From positions 575,319 to 639,318 of the forward strand of contig ML992512.1 of NCBI GenBank assembly GCA_010093995.1: a stretch of DNA of 64,000 nt. Direction: 5' to 3'. Positions 35,753 through 47,522 of this stretch are shown in pieces (within the stretch, counting starts at the first letter, position 1; the number at the start of each line of letters is the position of its first letter). A program made the position numbers and the translations under genes. The stretch is from Elsinoe ampelina. Its lineage: Eukaryota. A model generated the notes under the pieces. The model did not search any database. It saw only the letters and a program-made list of their open reading frames with translations, and was not told where the DNA came from.

Positions 35753-38131
35753 CTAAGCAAACCACCCCTTCTCCCAGCCTCCCTCCCGAAACGCCTGATA
35801 AGCATCATACCTCCCCCTCGGCTCCTTCCCCTGATTTTCCTCATTCTCCATCCCATCCCTCCCCAAGACCTCCTTCACCCTATGCTCCGCCAACCCAACC
35901 TTCTCCCCCACCTTCTTTACCGCCCCTTTCACCTTCCTGCCCGCTCGCACACCCACCCCTCCTTCCGAGTCCATCGCACCGTCGGAGCTCTCACTCGCGT
36001 CCTCCCTGTTTCGTTCCTGTGCTCGCTCTTTCCCTGCCGGAACGGGAGGCAGGGTCTGGAATTTCAGCCCGGAGAAGCCGATGATGAGGTTGAATGCCCT
36101 GTCGCGGTTGCGGATCATGGAGAGGCGGAGGGTGTGCAGGCGGGCGTCATTCATGAGGTGGGCGTCGACTGTGTCGTGTTTTGCCTGGCATGGGTTGACG
36201 GTGTTGGGGTTTGAATTGTCGTGGTTGGTGGGCGGGGAGATGAGGAGCTCGATCCCTTCTGATGCGATGACTTTGGCGAGGGGGGAGGAGGTGAATTTGC
36301 GTATTTCTCGGAGGGAGGGCCAGGGGATGTAGTGGTATTGTTTCTGGAGGTGGTGGATGGAAGAGGCTTGGCGGAGGGTGAGGCCGGAGGGGTGGATGAG
36401 TAGGCGGCAGCGGATGCCTTTGTAGGTGGTGGAGAAGGACTGGAGAGGTTGTTCTGGGAGGAGGTGTTGGAGGGAGTCGGTCGAGGAGGTGTGCGAGGGA
36501 GGGGTGAGGTAGGCTGAGTCGGAATCGGAGTCAGAGTCGAAACCGACTGGAGTGATGTGCATGTTCGGTGGCTGAGAGTGAGCGTCTGGTATGGCCTGAT
36601 TAATAGCATGAAGGCCGCGCTCAAAGTCTCTTTGCACCTGCTGCTCGATTATGCGTTCTCTGGTCATCTGTGCTTTGCTTCGAAGATACGAGAAACTCCA
36701 CTCTGCGTCTGTGGGGATCTCCCAGAAGATCCACATGAGAGCATTGACAACATGTCTGTACTGGGGATGTCGACTAGCTATAGGTCTGGAGAGGAAAAAA
36801 GCGAGCAGGACAAACATGGATATTATCTTCCAGCTCCAGCCAGTGGGCAACAGGATACCTACTGTAATCGCGCAGGCAAACCAGAATAACGTGGACCATG
36901 TGCGGTAGGGGTCCTTCCAATCATAGAAGTTCGAAAGGATCTCCAAGAAGTCGGCGAGATCAGATAGCTGCATCTGCAATAGCGGACCGGCCTCTTCGAT
37001 CAGTGGTTCAGCCCAGTTTCCAGATCCGTGCCGATTGATGAGCTCATTGAGACGAGTCGCTGTCTGGTAACCATCACCCCACGAGCGTTCCTCGGACTGC
37101 TGCAATGCTTCGGCCCGCTTTGGATAGAACCTGTTCTGAAGTACGATAAAGGCCATCCAGGACAAAACAAAAGTCATGACATAGTCAAAGTACCATATCA
37201 AGAACCAGACAGCGGCCCATCGAGCTGTCTTGATAGGATCGTCCCAGCGGTATATAGCGCGGACTGAGAGGGCCCATGTCTGCCAAGGAGAAGTGGCAAT
37301 CAGCATGCGCTCCAGGTACTTGACACAGACGTCCTTGTTAAACGGCTCCTGTGGTCGGACATCAATGCCACCCATACTGTTGATGGCAAACTTCTTGAGT
37401 CGATGCCGGTTGCCTGCATAGAAGTAGGACTCCCAGTCGAACTTTCGCTTGCCAGTCAGTGTATCCATCGTGTAGTAGTCGTCTGGATTTGGTGGTGGGG
37501 GAGCCTGATTCGCAACGACAGCCACTCGCATGACATGTTTGACAGTCGTCCATGCTACCTTTCTTGCATCTCTAGAGTCTCCAAGCTTGGTGACGTGGTC
37601 TTGCGTCGCCTCGACATCGGCATCGCCGTCCGAATCAGATGTCGCTGCGCCGGAAGAGCGTGCTTTGGACAAGTCGGTATGGGCTTTGATAAATTCGGCA
37701 TCAGCTTGCTGAGATAGATACGGACGATCTTCGATGGCAACCTTTGAGACGGCCTTCTTCTTGAAGGTATTTTTGGGGTTGGCGATAGCTTTACCAGTGG
37801 CTAGAGCAGTACCTAGGACTTTGTCTGCAGTACCACCGACCGTGAGCTTCTGCTTGACCCCTAATCTAGATGGATCGAAAGCGGTGTTGTCAAGCAAATC
37901 TCTCGCCGGGTCGTCTGGATCATCATCGTGAGGAGTATCTCCAGATGTTCGTCGAGGCTTGAGTTTGTGTAGAAGACGTTTCGACTTTTGCTTTGTCTCT
38001 TGTTTCAGATCTGTCAAGACCTCTTTCGTCGATATTCTGGTAGTATGATGGTCTGTCGTATCGTCAAAGTCGTCATCGCTCTCAGGACTTGTCTGTCCGT
38101 CTTCTTCATGTGACGCCGTCAAAATTGTCAT
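35753..38131 (-). CDS. Multi-pass membrane protein (DUF3292/PRT_C-like hairpin region, possible C-terminal PH/GRAM-like domain)
   Basis: 792 codons from ATG 38131; IYRWDDPIKTARWAAVWFLIWYF and FYDWKDPYRTWSTLFWF each precede hydrophobic segments. The family assignment is tentative. Confidence 0.8.
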   Translation of the reverse strand: MTILTASHEEDGQTSPESDDDFDDTTDHHTTRISTKEVLTDLKQETKQKSKRLLHKLKPRRTSGDTPHDDDPDDPARDLLDNTAFDPSRLGVKQKLTVGGTADKVLGTALATGKAIANPKNTFKKKAVSKVAIEDRPYLSQQADAEFIKAHTDLSKARSSGAATSDSDGDADVEATQDHVTKLGDSRDARKVAWTTVKHVMRVAVVANQAPPPPNPDDYYTMDTLTGKRKFDWESYFYAGNRHRLKKFAINSMGGIDVRPQEPFNKDVCVKYLERMLIATSPWQTWALSVRAIYRWDDPIKTARWAAVWFLIWYFDYVMTFVLSWMAFIVLQNRFYPKRAEALQQSEERSWGDGYQTATRLNELINRHGSGNWAEPLIEEAGPLLQMQLSDLADFLEILSNFYDWKDPYRTWSTLFWFACAITVGILLPTGWSWKIISMFVLLAFFLSRPIASRHPQYRHVVNALMWIFWEIPTDAEWSFSYLRSKAQMTRERIIEQQVQRDFERGLHAINQAIPDAHSQPPNMHITPVGFDSDSDSDSAYLTPPSHTSSTDSLQHLLPEQPLQSFSTTYKGIRCRLLIHPSGLTLRQASSIHHLQKQYHYIPWPSLREIRKFTSSPLAKVIASEGIELLISPPTNHDNSNPNTVNPCQAKHDTVDAHLMNDARLHTLRLSMIRNRDRAFNLIIGFSGLKFQTLPPVPAGKERAQERNREDASESSDGAMDSEGGVGVRAGRKVKGAVKKVGEKVGLAEHRVKEVLGRDGMENEENQGKEPRGRYDAYQAFREGGWEKGWFA

Positions 38132-38351
38132 GTTGAACACTACCCAGTCGGTCCAGATCGTGCTCGCTGCGACGCTGACATAGATGACTTATCCATGACA
38201 GGCGGTGGAGAGACACACGACTGACTGGCATGCACTTTGATGAGGATTTCATGACGGCGAAGAAATGGATGTGGTGCCGCAAACAACTGTCGCTCCCGTT
38301 GACCACGTTTTTTGGTGCGCGACCACACGGCAAATCTGACGTCAACGCATA

Positions 38352-38391
38352 CAGTCGTTTTGAGTTCAACCGAGCCACCCCGGGCTTGGCG
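38352..38391 (+). repeat. Left TIR of Tc1-like element
   Basis: Exact reverse complement of 48656-48695. Confidence 0.97.
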
Positions 38392-38829
38392 GTACTCTTC
38401 ACCGACTTCTGCTTACCAAAATTGGCTAGCTAGAGGTCTAGAGAGAATATAGAGTCGAATAGCTTAACAACGCTGTCTATTTGAATGAAATTGAAGCTAA
38501 AAAAAGGTATAATAGACTAGTTAGTATATACTAACGTTACTAAATTATAGCTTATAAGTGTCCTTCTTCTATAACTAACTATTGCTCTAGCTATACGAAG
38601 AAACCTTTAAGGGCAGTATAGGAGGTAATTACGATATCTTCTACTCCTCTATTGTCGCCGCTAGTCTCTTCTTCTTTAAGGCACTTCTTAAGCTTATTAG
38701 AGAAGGTACTAGATAACCTTCGTTATAGTCTAACTATCTAGCTAAAGAGCTATATACTAGCGCTAGCGTAGGTAGCACCTTATCTAGAGGTTACATCCGC
38801 TAACCTAGCTCTTTAGAGGCTTATAGAGT

Positions 38830-40301
38830 AAGCTATAAACTAAGTTATACTACCTTTATAAGCTAGATCTTAGTAGCTGTCTCTTTAATTAAGGTTTCTA
38901 ACACCTATACTAGACTAGCTAAGGCAGTTAATTAAGTCGGATATAGCACTAGAGGAAGAGCTAGATATATAGGTAATAGAGGTGCTATAGTTATTATAAG
39001 TACTAGAGTTACCGGAGACTAATTCTAGTAACTTAGATATGCTCTATCTTAGTTAGATAGTAGAGGTAAAGCTAGTAGTAAAGTTTAGAAGTAAGACTCT
39101 ATACTATAATAAGCGTGTGTTTAGCTAGCTAAGTAATCTATCGTAGTTAGTACTAGCTAATTAAGTAGTAGAGAAGAGTAGTCTTATTACTTAAGCTATA
39201 CTTAAGCTACTTTTACTTAATTACGCTACTACCTATAAGCGTCTTAGTATATAGTAGCTATTTAGAGTAGTAATATTAGAGCTAGCTAAGATATAGAGGC
39301 TAGTTAATAAGCTCGAAGATTAGCTTACTAAGGATTACTAGTAGCTTAGGCTCGGCCTTACTACTAAGATAAAGAAGGTACTAATAGCTATAAACTCTAT
39401 AGCAAATTTAAGAGTTATATAACTACCTTTAACTATGCTAGTTCTAAGCTCTTTAATAGGTCTACTACTGCTACCTTTATAGTAATCCTCCCTTAGATTA
39501 ACGCTAGTAAGGATAGTATAGACTCTAGTAGCTAGTATAATACTACTGTCTTTATAGATAGTATAGCTAGCGCTACTATTATAAGGTCGAGGCTTAGTAA
39601 CGAGCTAATTATATAGTACGCTCGAGGGCGTAAATAGTAATAAGGAGCCTCTATTAGAGTTAGTATAGACTTATACTAATCGTAATTACTATAACTATAA
39701 GAGGTTATACTAGCGTATATTAACTAGTAAGCACTACTAGATTATAACAGAGAATAAGTATACCTAGGCTACTACTATTCGCAATAGTAAAGCTACTATT
39801 AATTGTTCTCCTATAGGTCTTATATCAAGCCTTAATTACTTAAAGGCCTCGAGGAGTGTTAAAAGCGCTCTACTAACACTACCGATACTAACGCCTTTAG
39901 CGTCTTTAGCGCCTTTTATACTCCCTCTAACACCTATTAACTATATTAATATTATAAACTCAATTACTCCTTACTAGCTATAGTAGCGCTTAGGGCCTAT
40001 AAACGACTTAAGATCCTTACCTATTACCTCTAAGGCTAACCCTTATAAAGTTTTAACTAAATTCTTTAAGTAGATAAAGAGAAAGAAAAGCTTTAAAAGG
40101 GATATTTAGGTGCTAGATTAGGTTAAATTTAAGCTAAAGAAGGAGAATTATAACCTCGATAGTATAAGAGATATACGCTTAGATAGGTAAAGGGATATCT
40201 AGGCCTTTAATAAAGGCTTTCTATACTAGATTTAAAGCTAAATTAGCCCTTTTAAGCGCTAGTATTACTCTAAGATAGTTACACGAGCTAGATTAAATTA
40301 A
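38830..40301 (+). pseudogene. RIP-mutated second ORF of the Tc1-like element (function unknown)
   Basis: One frame reads as protein from at least 38949 to ~40300 if TAA/TAG are restored to CAA/CAG/TGG. C-terminus approximately RSSPITSEADPxEVLTEFFEWM...LKEENYDLDG. Boundaries approximate. Confidence 0.6.
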
Positions 40302-40315
40302 GTAAGTTAGATACC

Positions 40316-40628
40316 TATTACGAACTAGTAGAACAGCTAGAATATAGGGACGTTAGGACTAATTAAGCTACCGAGATTATTACGTGACCTAGCCCGACGT
40401 TTACTTAGTTCTCTATCTTCTCTAGCGGCTCTACCTCTAAAACTATAGAGTACGTAGGTTACTAGCGGACGTGTACTCTATGTTGCTCTCGACTCTCGCT
40501 ATAGAGTACATAGAGTATATAGAGAACACAATAGAGAATATATATATATAGGAATAGTCCTTACCTTATATAAGTACTATAGTTAACCTTATCTAGATAG
40601 TAAACACTAGTATTGCTAAGGCTAGCCT
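40316..40628 (+). repeat. 5' LTR of gypsy element (runs into assembly gap)
   Basis: Colinear with 46784-47096, differing only by transitions. Confidence 0.93.
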
Positions 40629-40738
40629 NNNNNNNNNNNNNNNNNNNNNNNNNNNNNNNNNNNNNNNNNNNNNNNNNNNNNNNNNNNNNNNNNNNNNNNN
40701 NNNNNNNNNNNNNNNNNNNNNNNNNNNNNNNNNNNNNN
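40629..40738. other. Assembly gap
   Basis: N run. Confidence 1.
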
Positions 40739-42725
40739 CTTACTATAGTATAGCACGCTATAAGGTTAATAAGTAACTCTTGCTCTAAGTTACTATTAGT
40801 ATCTTCGATCGCTAGTAAGCTAGAAAAGCTTACTATTAACAATATGTCTACTACTAGTTTAACCTTAGGCAAACATAGAAGGTCTTTTAGTATAGAAGGA
40901 TAGAGCAGGCCTAAGTTAGAGGTAGAACTCTTCTACGGGGACTACGCCTACTTAAGGCGCTTTCTTATTTAACTTAAAGCCTTCTTCGCTCTAGAGGGAG
41001 ATAAGTATAGTAACAACGCAGCAAAGGTCCTCTATGCTAGGATATACCTTAAGAGCGCCGCCTTCGAGTAGTTTAAGCCTTATATAAGTAGCTACCTAGA
41101 TAGATAACTAGGCCTAGATATAAAGGCTATCTTTAAGAGCTTTAGTATCTTCTAGGCAAAGATTAAGTAAGTCTTTAACGTATCTAACAAGGAACGCGTT
41201 ACTATAACAAAGATTTAACAATTATAACAACGTAGGTCTATAGCCTAGTACTATTCCTAGTTCTAATAACTCGTAATACACCTAGACTAGGATAATAGTA
41301 CTAAACACTTAGTATTCTATTAAGGACTAAGTAACTTAGTTAAAGACTAAATAATACCTAAGCTGCCTAATAGCCTTTAGGAACTAGTAGACACTATAAT
41401 TACTATTAATAACAGACTTTACAAACGACGTATAGAACGTTATAGGAGATATAAGGTAAATACTAAATATATACGTTCCTCTCAAAACTATAGAGACTCT
41501 ATAGAACTTAATACTATATACGAAGGCTGCCTCTTATAGGTATAAGGCTACGGTCGTAGAGGAAAGTACCTTAGTAGAAAAGAGAGAGAGAAGTATAGAC
41601 AAGATAATCTATATTTTAAGTATAAAAGACCTAGGCATTAAGCTAGAGACTACTAACAAGAGGCGCTAGCCGATAGATTATATATAATAGTTGCCGGGCT
41701 AGTAGAAAAAAAGGCCGACACTACTATAGAAGACCTAACAACCTTTAGCGTAGGCAAGGAAATATAGAAGGGGTCTATAACGACTTAAGAGGTAATAGAA
41801 TTCTCTTTGGATGTTATACTTAATATCTCCACGACTAATAGCAAATAACAAAGCTAACACACAACGCTATTATAGATAGTATATTATAATAACTCTTGTT
41901 ATATTTACTTATTAGACAAGTAGAGATCTAGTTAGTTCCTATATAAGCTATCTAAGTATAGGCAACTAATAAAATAGCTAGACTAGAAGCTTAACCTAGA
42001 AAGGCTTTCTATAATTAGTAGTAACATTAACTAACCTTAGAAGATAGTTAGCAATAATTACTAATATACGATTATTAAGACAAAGTATTAAGACGTAAGT
42101 GCTATATAATAATATAGTAGTCTTACCTTTAGCTCTTATAGCGAACTATAAGGAAAGGCGTATTATATATTACTCTAGAAATATATAAATCTAGATTGCG
42201 AATAGTACTATACTATCTACTTATACAATATGCTTAAAGAAGATACTATTAGTCTTAAATATACTATAGACTTCTCGGTAATCGAGATAGATAGTACTAT
42301 TCCCTATAGCTAAGTAAAAGAATATACTTAGTGTAGTCTTACTAACTATAACTATACTAGGGGCAGTAGCGATAAAGAGGAATATAACGAAGAATACACT
42401 AAACAACTACGATGTAATAACATAAATAAGAACTTATTCGACAACGACGACGACGATATACTACTATCAGGCAGACGACTTAAAGTATACCTTATAGAGA
42501 TATAGAGGAATTATATAATAATATATACCTACTACTAGAATAGGACGCGATAAGATAAATCTACATAACTTGTTTTTGTCTTTAATACTAACGCCTAGCT
42601 ATACCTAGAAGAAATAGTTATACCTATATAGGTGTATAACACTACTTAGTACAACTAGTAGGGAATTATCGGACTTTATAGTTACTAAGGGACTTAGGCG
42701 CTAGAAGTTTACCTTACTATATTAA

Positions 42726-43485
42726 NNNNNNNNNNNNNNNNNNNNNNNNNNNNNNNNNNNNNNNNNNNNNNNNNNNNNNNNNNNNNNNNNNNNNNNNNNN
42801 NNNNNNNNNNNNNNNNNNNNNNNNNNNNNNNNNNNNNNNNNNNNNNNNNNNNNNNNNNNNNNNNNNNNNNNNNNNNNNNNNNNNNNNNNNNNNNNNNNNN
42901 NNNNNNNNNNNNNNNNNNNNNNNNNNNNNNNNNNNNNNNNNNNNNNNNNNNNNNNNNNNNNNNNNNNNNNNNNNNNNNNNNNNNNNNNNNNNNNNNNNNN
43001 NNNNNNNNNNNNNNNNNNNNNNNNNNNNNNNNNNNNNNNNNNNNNNNNNNNNNNNNNNNNNNNNNNNNNNNNNNNNNNNNNNNNNNNNNNNNNNNNNNNN
43101 NNNNNNNNNNNNNNNNNNNNNNNNNNNNNNNNNNNNNNNNNNNNNNNNNNNNNNNNNNNNNNNNNNNNNNNNNNNNNNNNNNNNNNNNNNNNNNNNNNNN
43201 NNNNNNNNNNNNNNNNNNNNNNNNNNNNNNNNNNNNNNNNNNNNNNNNNNNNNNNNNNNNNNNNNNNNNNNNNNNNNNNNNNNNNNNNNNNNNNNNNNNN
43301 NNNNNNNNNNNNNNNNNNNNNNNNNNNNNNNNNNNNNNNNNNNNNNNNNNNNNNNNNNNNNNNNNNNNNNNNNNNNNNNNNNNNNNNNNNNNNNNNNNNN
43401 NNNNNNNNNNNNNNNNNNNNNNNNNNNNNNNNNNNNNNNNNNNNNNNNNNNNNNNNNNNNNNNNNNNNNNNNNNNNNNNNNNNNN
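42726..43485. other. Assembly gap (probably hides the protease and start of RT)
   Basis: N run. Confidence 1.
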
Positions 43486-46179
43486 CTTAAGAACTATATC
43501 GATAAGTACTTACTTAAAGGATTTATACAACTATTAAAATTACCTATTGCGCACGAAGTGCTTTTTATACTAAAAAAGGATAAGATATTACAAATATACA
43601 TTAATTACTAGAAACTTAATACACTTACTAGGAAGAATCGCTATCCCTTACTAAGGATCGATAAACTTTAAGACCGACTACTTAGAGCTAAATAGTTTAC
43701 TATAATTAACATTAGGGATGCCTATTATTAAGTATAAATAAAGAAGGGCAAGGAGTAGAAGACAGCTTTTAGGACGTAATAGAGTCTATATAAGTACCTC
43801 GTTATACTCTTTAGGTTAACTAACGCTCCTATAACCTTCTAAGAGTTAATTAATAACACTCTATAAGAATACCTTAACGATTTTATCTTAGCATATTTAG
43901 ACAATATTATTATCTTCTTAAAGATATATAATAAACACGTAGGACATGTTTATAAAGTGCTATAGAAACTAAAAGAAAAAGACCTACTAGTAAAACTCTC
44001 TAAGCATAAGTTCTATAAATATAAGATATAATTTCTAAGCTATGTTATATCTACTAATAGCATCGGACCTAATCTAAAGAAGATCGAGTTAGTAAACAAC
44101 TAGCTAGAACCTACGACAGTTAAGGAGGTTTAAGCGCTACTAGAGTTCTTTAACTACTACTATAAGTTTGTTAAAGGATTCTCTAAGGTAGCTACGCTAA
44201 TATCTAACCTTACGAAAAAGAAAACTAGCTTTATCTTCGACAAGAGGTGTAGGTAGGCCTTTAAGAAGCTAAAGCTTAGACTTACGATAGTACCTGTCCT
44301 AGTACTCTTCGACCTAGACTAATAAGTACTACTAGAAACAAATGCCTTGGACTTTGTAATAGAAGCGTATCTAGCGTAGAAGAGCGTAGAAGGACGACGC
44401 TACTCGATTGTATACTACTTACGAAAAATAACCGGACCTAAACTTAACTACGACATATACGACAAGGAATTACTCGCGATTATAGAAGTGTTCTACGAAT
44501 AGAGAGTATACCTAGAAGGGATAACCTTACTCGTATAAGTCTATACCGACTATAAGAACCTTCTATATTAGACAACAACTAAGGTTCTTAATAGATAATA
44601 GGTTCGATAGTTAGAAATACTTATAAGCTATAACTTCTAGATCTACTATATTAAGGGATTAGAGAACAGCGAAGTAGATGCTTTTAGCCGCTAGCCGGAT
44701 TACTTAAAAAACATAACAATAATAGAGGCCTCTATACTAAAGTAGTAGAACAGCGCTCTAGTCTATAAGCACCCGAAGGTAGAGTAGTTATATAGCCTTA
44801 CCTAGGAGCTTACGTAAGAACGAAAGAAAGAAGTTATTTAAATACACTATAATAACTTAACGGCGGGACATAGTAGGATTAATAAGACTATCGAACTTAT
44901 TACACGAAACTACCTCTAGAAAGAACTCTAAAACGATATTAAGACGTATATTGCTACCTGCGATATATGCTATAAGTCTAAGCACTCTCGATATAGACTA
45001 TATAGCCTACTATAACTCTTGCCACTACTAGACAAACTATAGTAATTAGTTATAATAGACTTTATAGGACCTCTACTGCTATTAGAAGAACCTCTTATAG
45101 GTGTAAAGTATAATAGCATTCTAGTTCTAGTAGATAGGTTTACGAAGTATTACTACTTTGTCTTATATAAGACAATAGTAACTGCCGAGGATATAGCCTT
45201 TACTTTCCTTTAAATAATTGTTTTACGACATAGAGTACTATAAGACCTAATAACTAATAGAGATAAGCTATTTACGTTATAATTCTAGCAATTATTTATA
45301 GACCTACTAGAAGTTAAATATAAGCTATTAACCTTCTTTTACTTATAAACGGACAGATAAACTAAACGGGCAAATTAAGTACTAGAGTAGTACCTACGAT
45401 ACTACCTAAACTATAAGTAAGACTTATAGGCGACGCTATTACTGCTCGTAGAGCTTGCTATTAATAACAGAAAGTTAGCAAATAGAATTTTACTATTCTA
45501 TATAAACTATAGAATACACTCGGATCTATACTACGACATACTTAGAATTAAGCTAGTATCTAAGGATACTAATACACTAGTAGCTAACATTAAGAAACTA
45601 CACGACTAGCTATACTATAATATAGCATTTATATTATAAAGAATAGTAGAGTTTACTAACCGAAAGAGAATTACAGGACTAATTCTATAGGAGAAAGAGA
45701 AAGTTTACCTCCTTAGTAAAAATATTAAAACGAAACAACTAAGTAAGAAACTTAACTACACTAAACTAGGACCCTTTAAGATCCTAGAAAAGAAAAATAA
45801 GAACGTATATAAACTAGAACTACTAAGACATATAAGGATTTATCTAGTCTTTTATATATTACTACTAGAGAAAGTACTATAGAATACTATACCTAGATCT
45901 ATCGAACTAGAGAAAGAAATATAGGAGCTATAGTATAAGATAGAAAGAGTTTTACGTTATAAACTTATAAAAGGAAAACGCTACTATCTTATTTACTAGA
46001 AGGGACATTAGTATAGTAAAGTAATATAGGAACTAGAGAAGTACCTTACCTTATAAGTAATCCTAGATTACTAGATTAAGAACCTATCCTAAGTAAACCG
46101 ACTAGACAGACCTAGTACTCTAAATACTAAACAAAAACGAGAATGTCTAAGGAAGATTACTTAACTAATAGAAGTACCT

Positions 46180-46709
46180 TAATCGTTGCTAAGTAAGGAA
46201 CTCTAATCGAAGTTAGGTATAAATAACTACTAGTCCTATAGTAGGACGGGATTCACTGATAATAGTATTTCCTCCTACTCTAAGACTTAAATATAAGTCT
46301 CTTCTAGAGAGATTACTTTCTCTACCTTGTCCTTTAACTTTTATATCTCTTTACGTAGGCGAAGCTTATTACCTATAGCTCTTTAACAAGCCTCTTTTGC
46401 CTTTTTATAAGCTTCTTTAGCTTTCCTTCTAGTAGCCTTAGCTATAACTAATTCCTTTCGTAAATAAATATACTTAGACTAAAGACGCTACTATTCCGAT
46501 TTTATTACCTAAATATTATAACTTAAGTAGTTACTTACGACATACTAGCTATAGATACCCGACCGAATATAGACCTTATAGTCTAGCCCCTTCGATTTGT
46601 AATAAGAATAAGCCTATAGCATATTAGTTCCGAATAGTTCAATAAACTCTAAGAGATTCTTTCGTGCGGATGTACTAGATTTGCTATACCTTTAATAACT
46701 AGGAGGCAT
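46180..46709 (-). pseudogene. Antisense accessory ORF in the gypsy 3' region: six-Cys zinc-binding motif plus coiled coil (RIP-mutated)
   Basis: ATG at 46709. TAT/TAC codons restored to TGT/TGC give Cx2Cx5Cx8Cx2Cx6C, followed by an E/K/R/A-rich heptad region. 3' end approximate. Confidence 0.65.
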
Positions 46710-46783
46710 ATTTAGTATATAGCGTATAAGGATAAGGAAGAATACTTACTTGTTAGGACAACTTAATTAAAGGAGGAGAGTAA

Positions 46784-47246
46784 TATTACGAACTAGTAGG
46801 ACAGCTAGAATGTAGGGACGTTAGAACTAATTAAGCTACCGAGATTATTACGTAACCTAGCCTAACGTTTACCTAGTTCTCTGTCTTCTCTAGTAGCTCT
46901 ACCTCTAAAACTATAGAGTACGTAGGTTACTAGCGGACGTGTACTCTATGTTGCCCTCGACTCTCGCTACGGAGTATATAAAGTATATAGAGAACACAAT
47001 AGAGAATATATATATATAGGAATAGTCCTTACCTTATATAAGTACTATAGTTAATCTTGTCTAGATAGCGAACACTAGTATTGCTAAGGCTAGCCTTTGT
47101 AATACTATCTAATTGTACTTTATTATCTATAAGATATACCTTCTCCGACTCTTACCTTAGTGCTATACTACTATAGAAGTAGAACTACCTCGTTCCTAGC
47201 TTAGCTTAGACTACTAGTGTAGGCTATGTTTAGACAGTTCGTAACA
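46784..47246 (+). repeat. 3' LTR of gypsy element (463 bp)
   Basis: Follows the PPT, ends GTTCGTAACA, then the TSD. Confidence 0.95.
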
Positions 47247-47522
47247 ATACCTTACTATCTCGGCAGTCGAAATAGACACTTTTATCTAGTTTATAGCAGC
47301 TAATATAGATACTAATTTACGTAGCGTAATAGACAATTTAACTAGCTCGGCAGCCGAGATAGATATTAATCTAGTTTAGCTACTAAACTAGACTTAGTTT
47401 ATCTAACTCGAAGTAGTACACGTATAGTATAGAGTAGTTATAGTAGTAGTAAAGAGTTTTTACTAGGTCTTAGTATTAAACTTATTTAATATAAGTAATT
47501 TCTTACGTACTAAATAGATCCC

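Larger units (their letters stand above)
40316..47246 (+). mobile_element. Ty3/gypsy chromovirus-type LTR retrotransposon nested in the Tc1 element, RIP-inactivated
   Basis: TSD ATACC at 40311-40315 and 47247-47251. LTR ends T(G>A)TTACGAAC...GTTCGTAACA; PPT AAAGGAGGAGAG at 46769-46780. De-RIPed motifs: CCHC knuckle (~41610), VLFVPKKDG..RMCIDYRKLN (~43560), AYLDDII (~43890), ETDASD (~44335), integrase HHCC (~44845-44970), chromodomain YLIHWKG..WEP (~45985). Confidence 0.96.

Noticed and set aside
36860..36866. TACTGTA/TACAGTA inside intact CDSs (also 51920-51926)
   Set aside because: The frames are uninterrupted, so these are chance matches rather than footprints.
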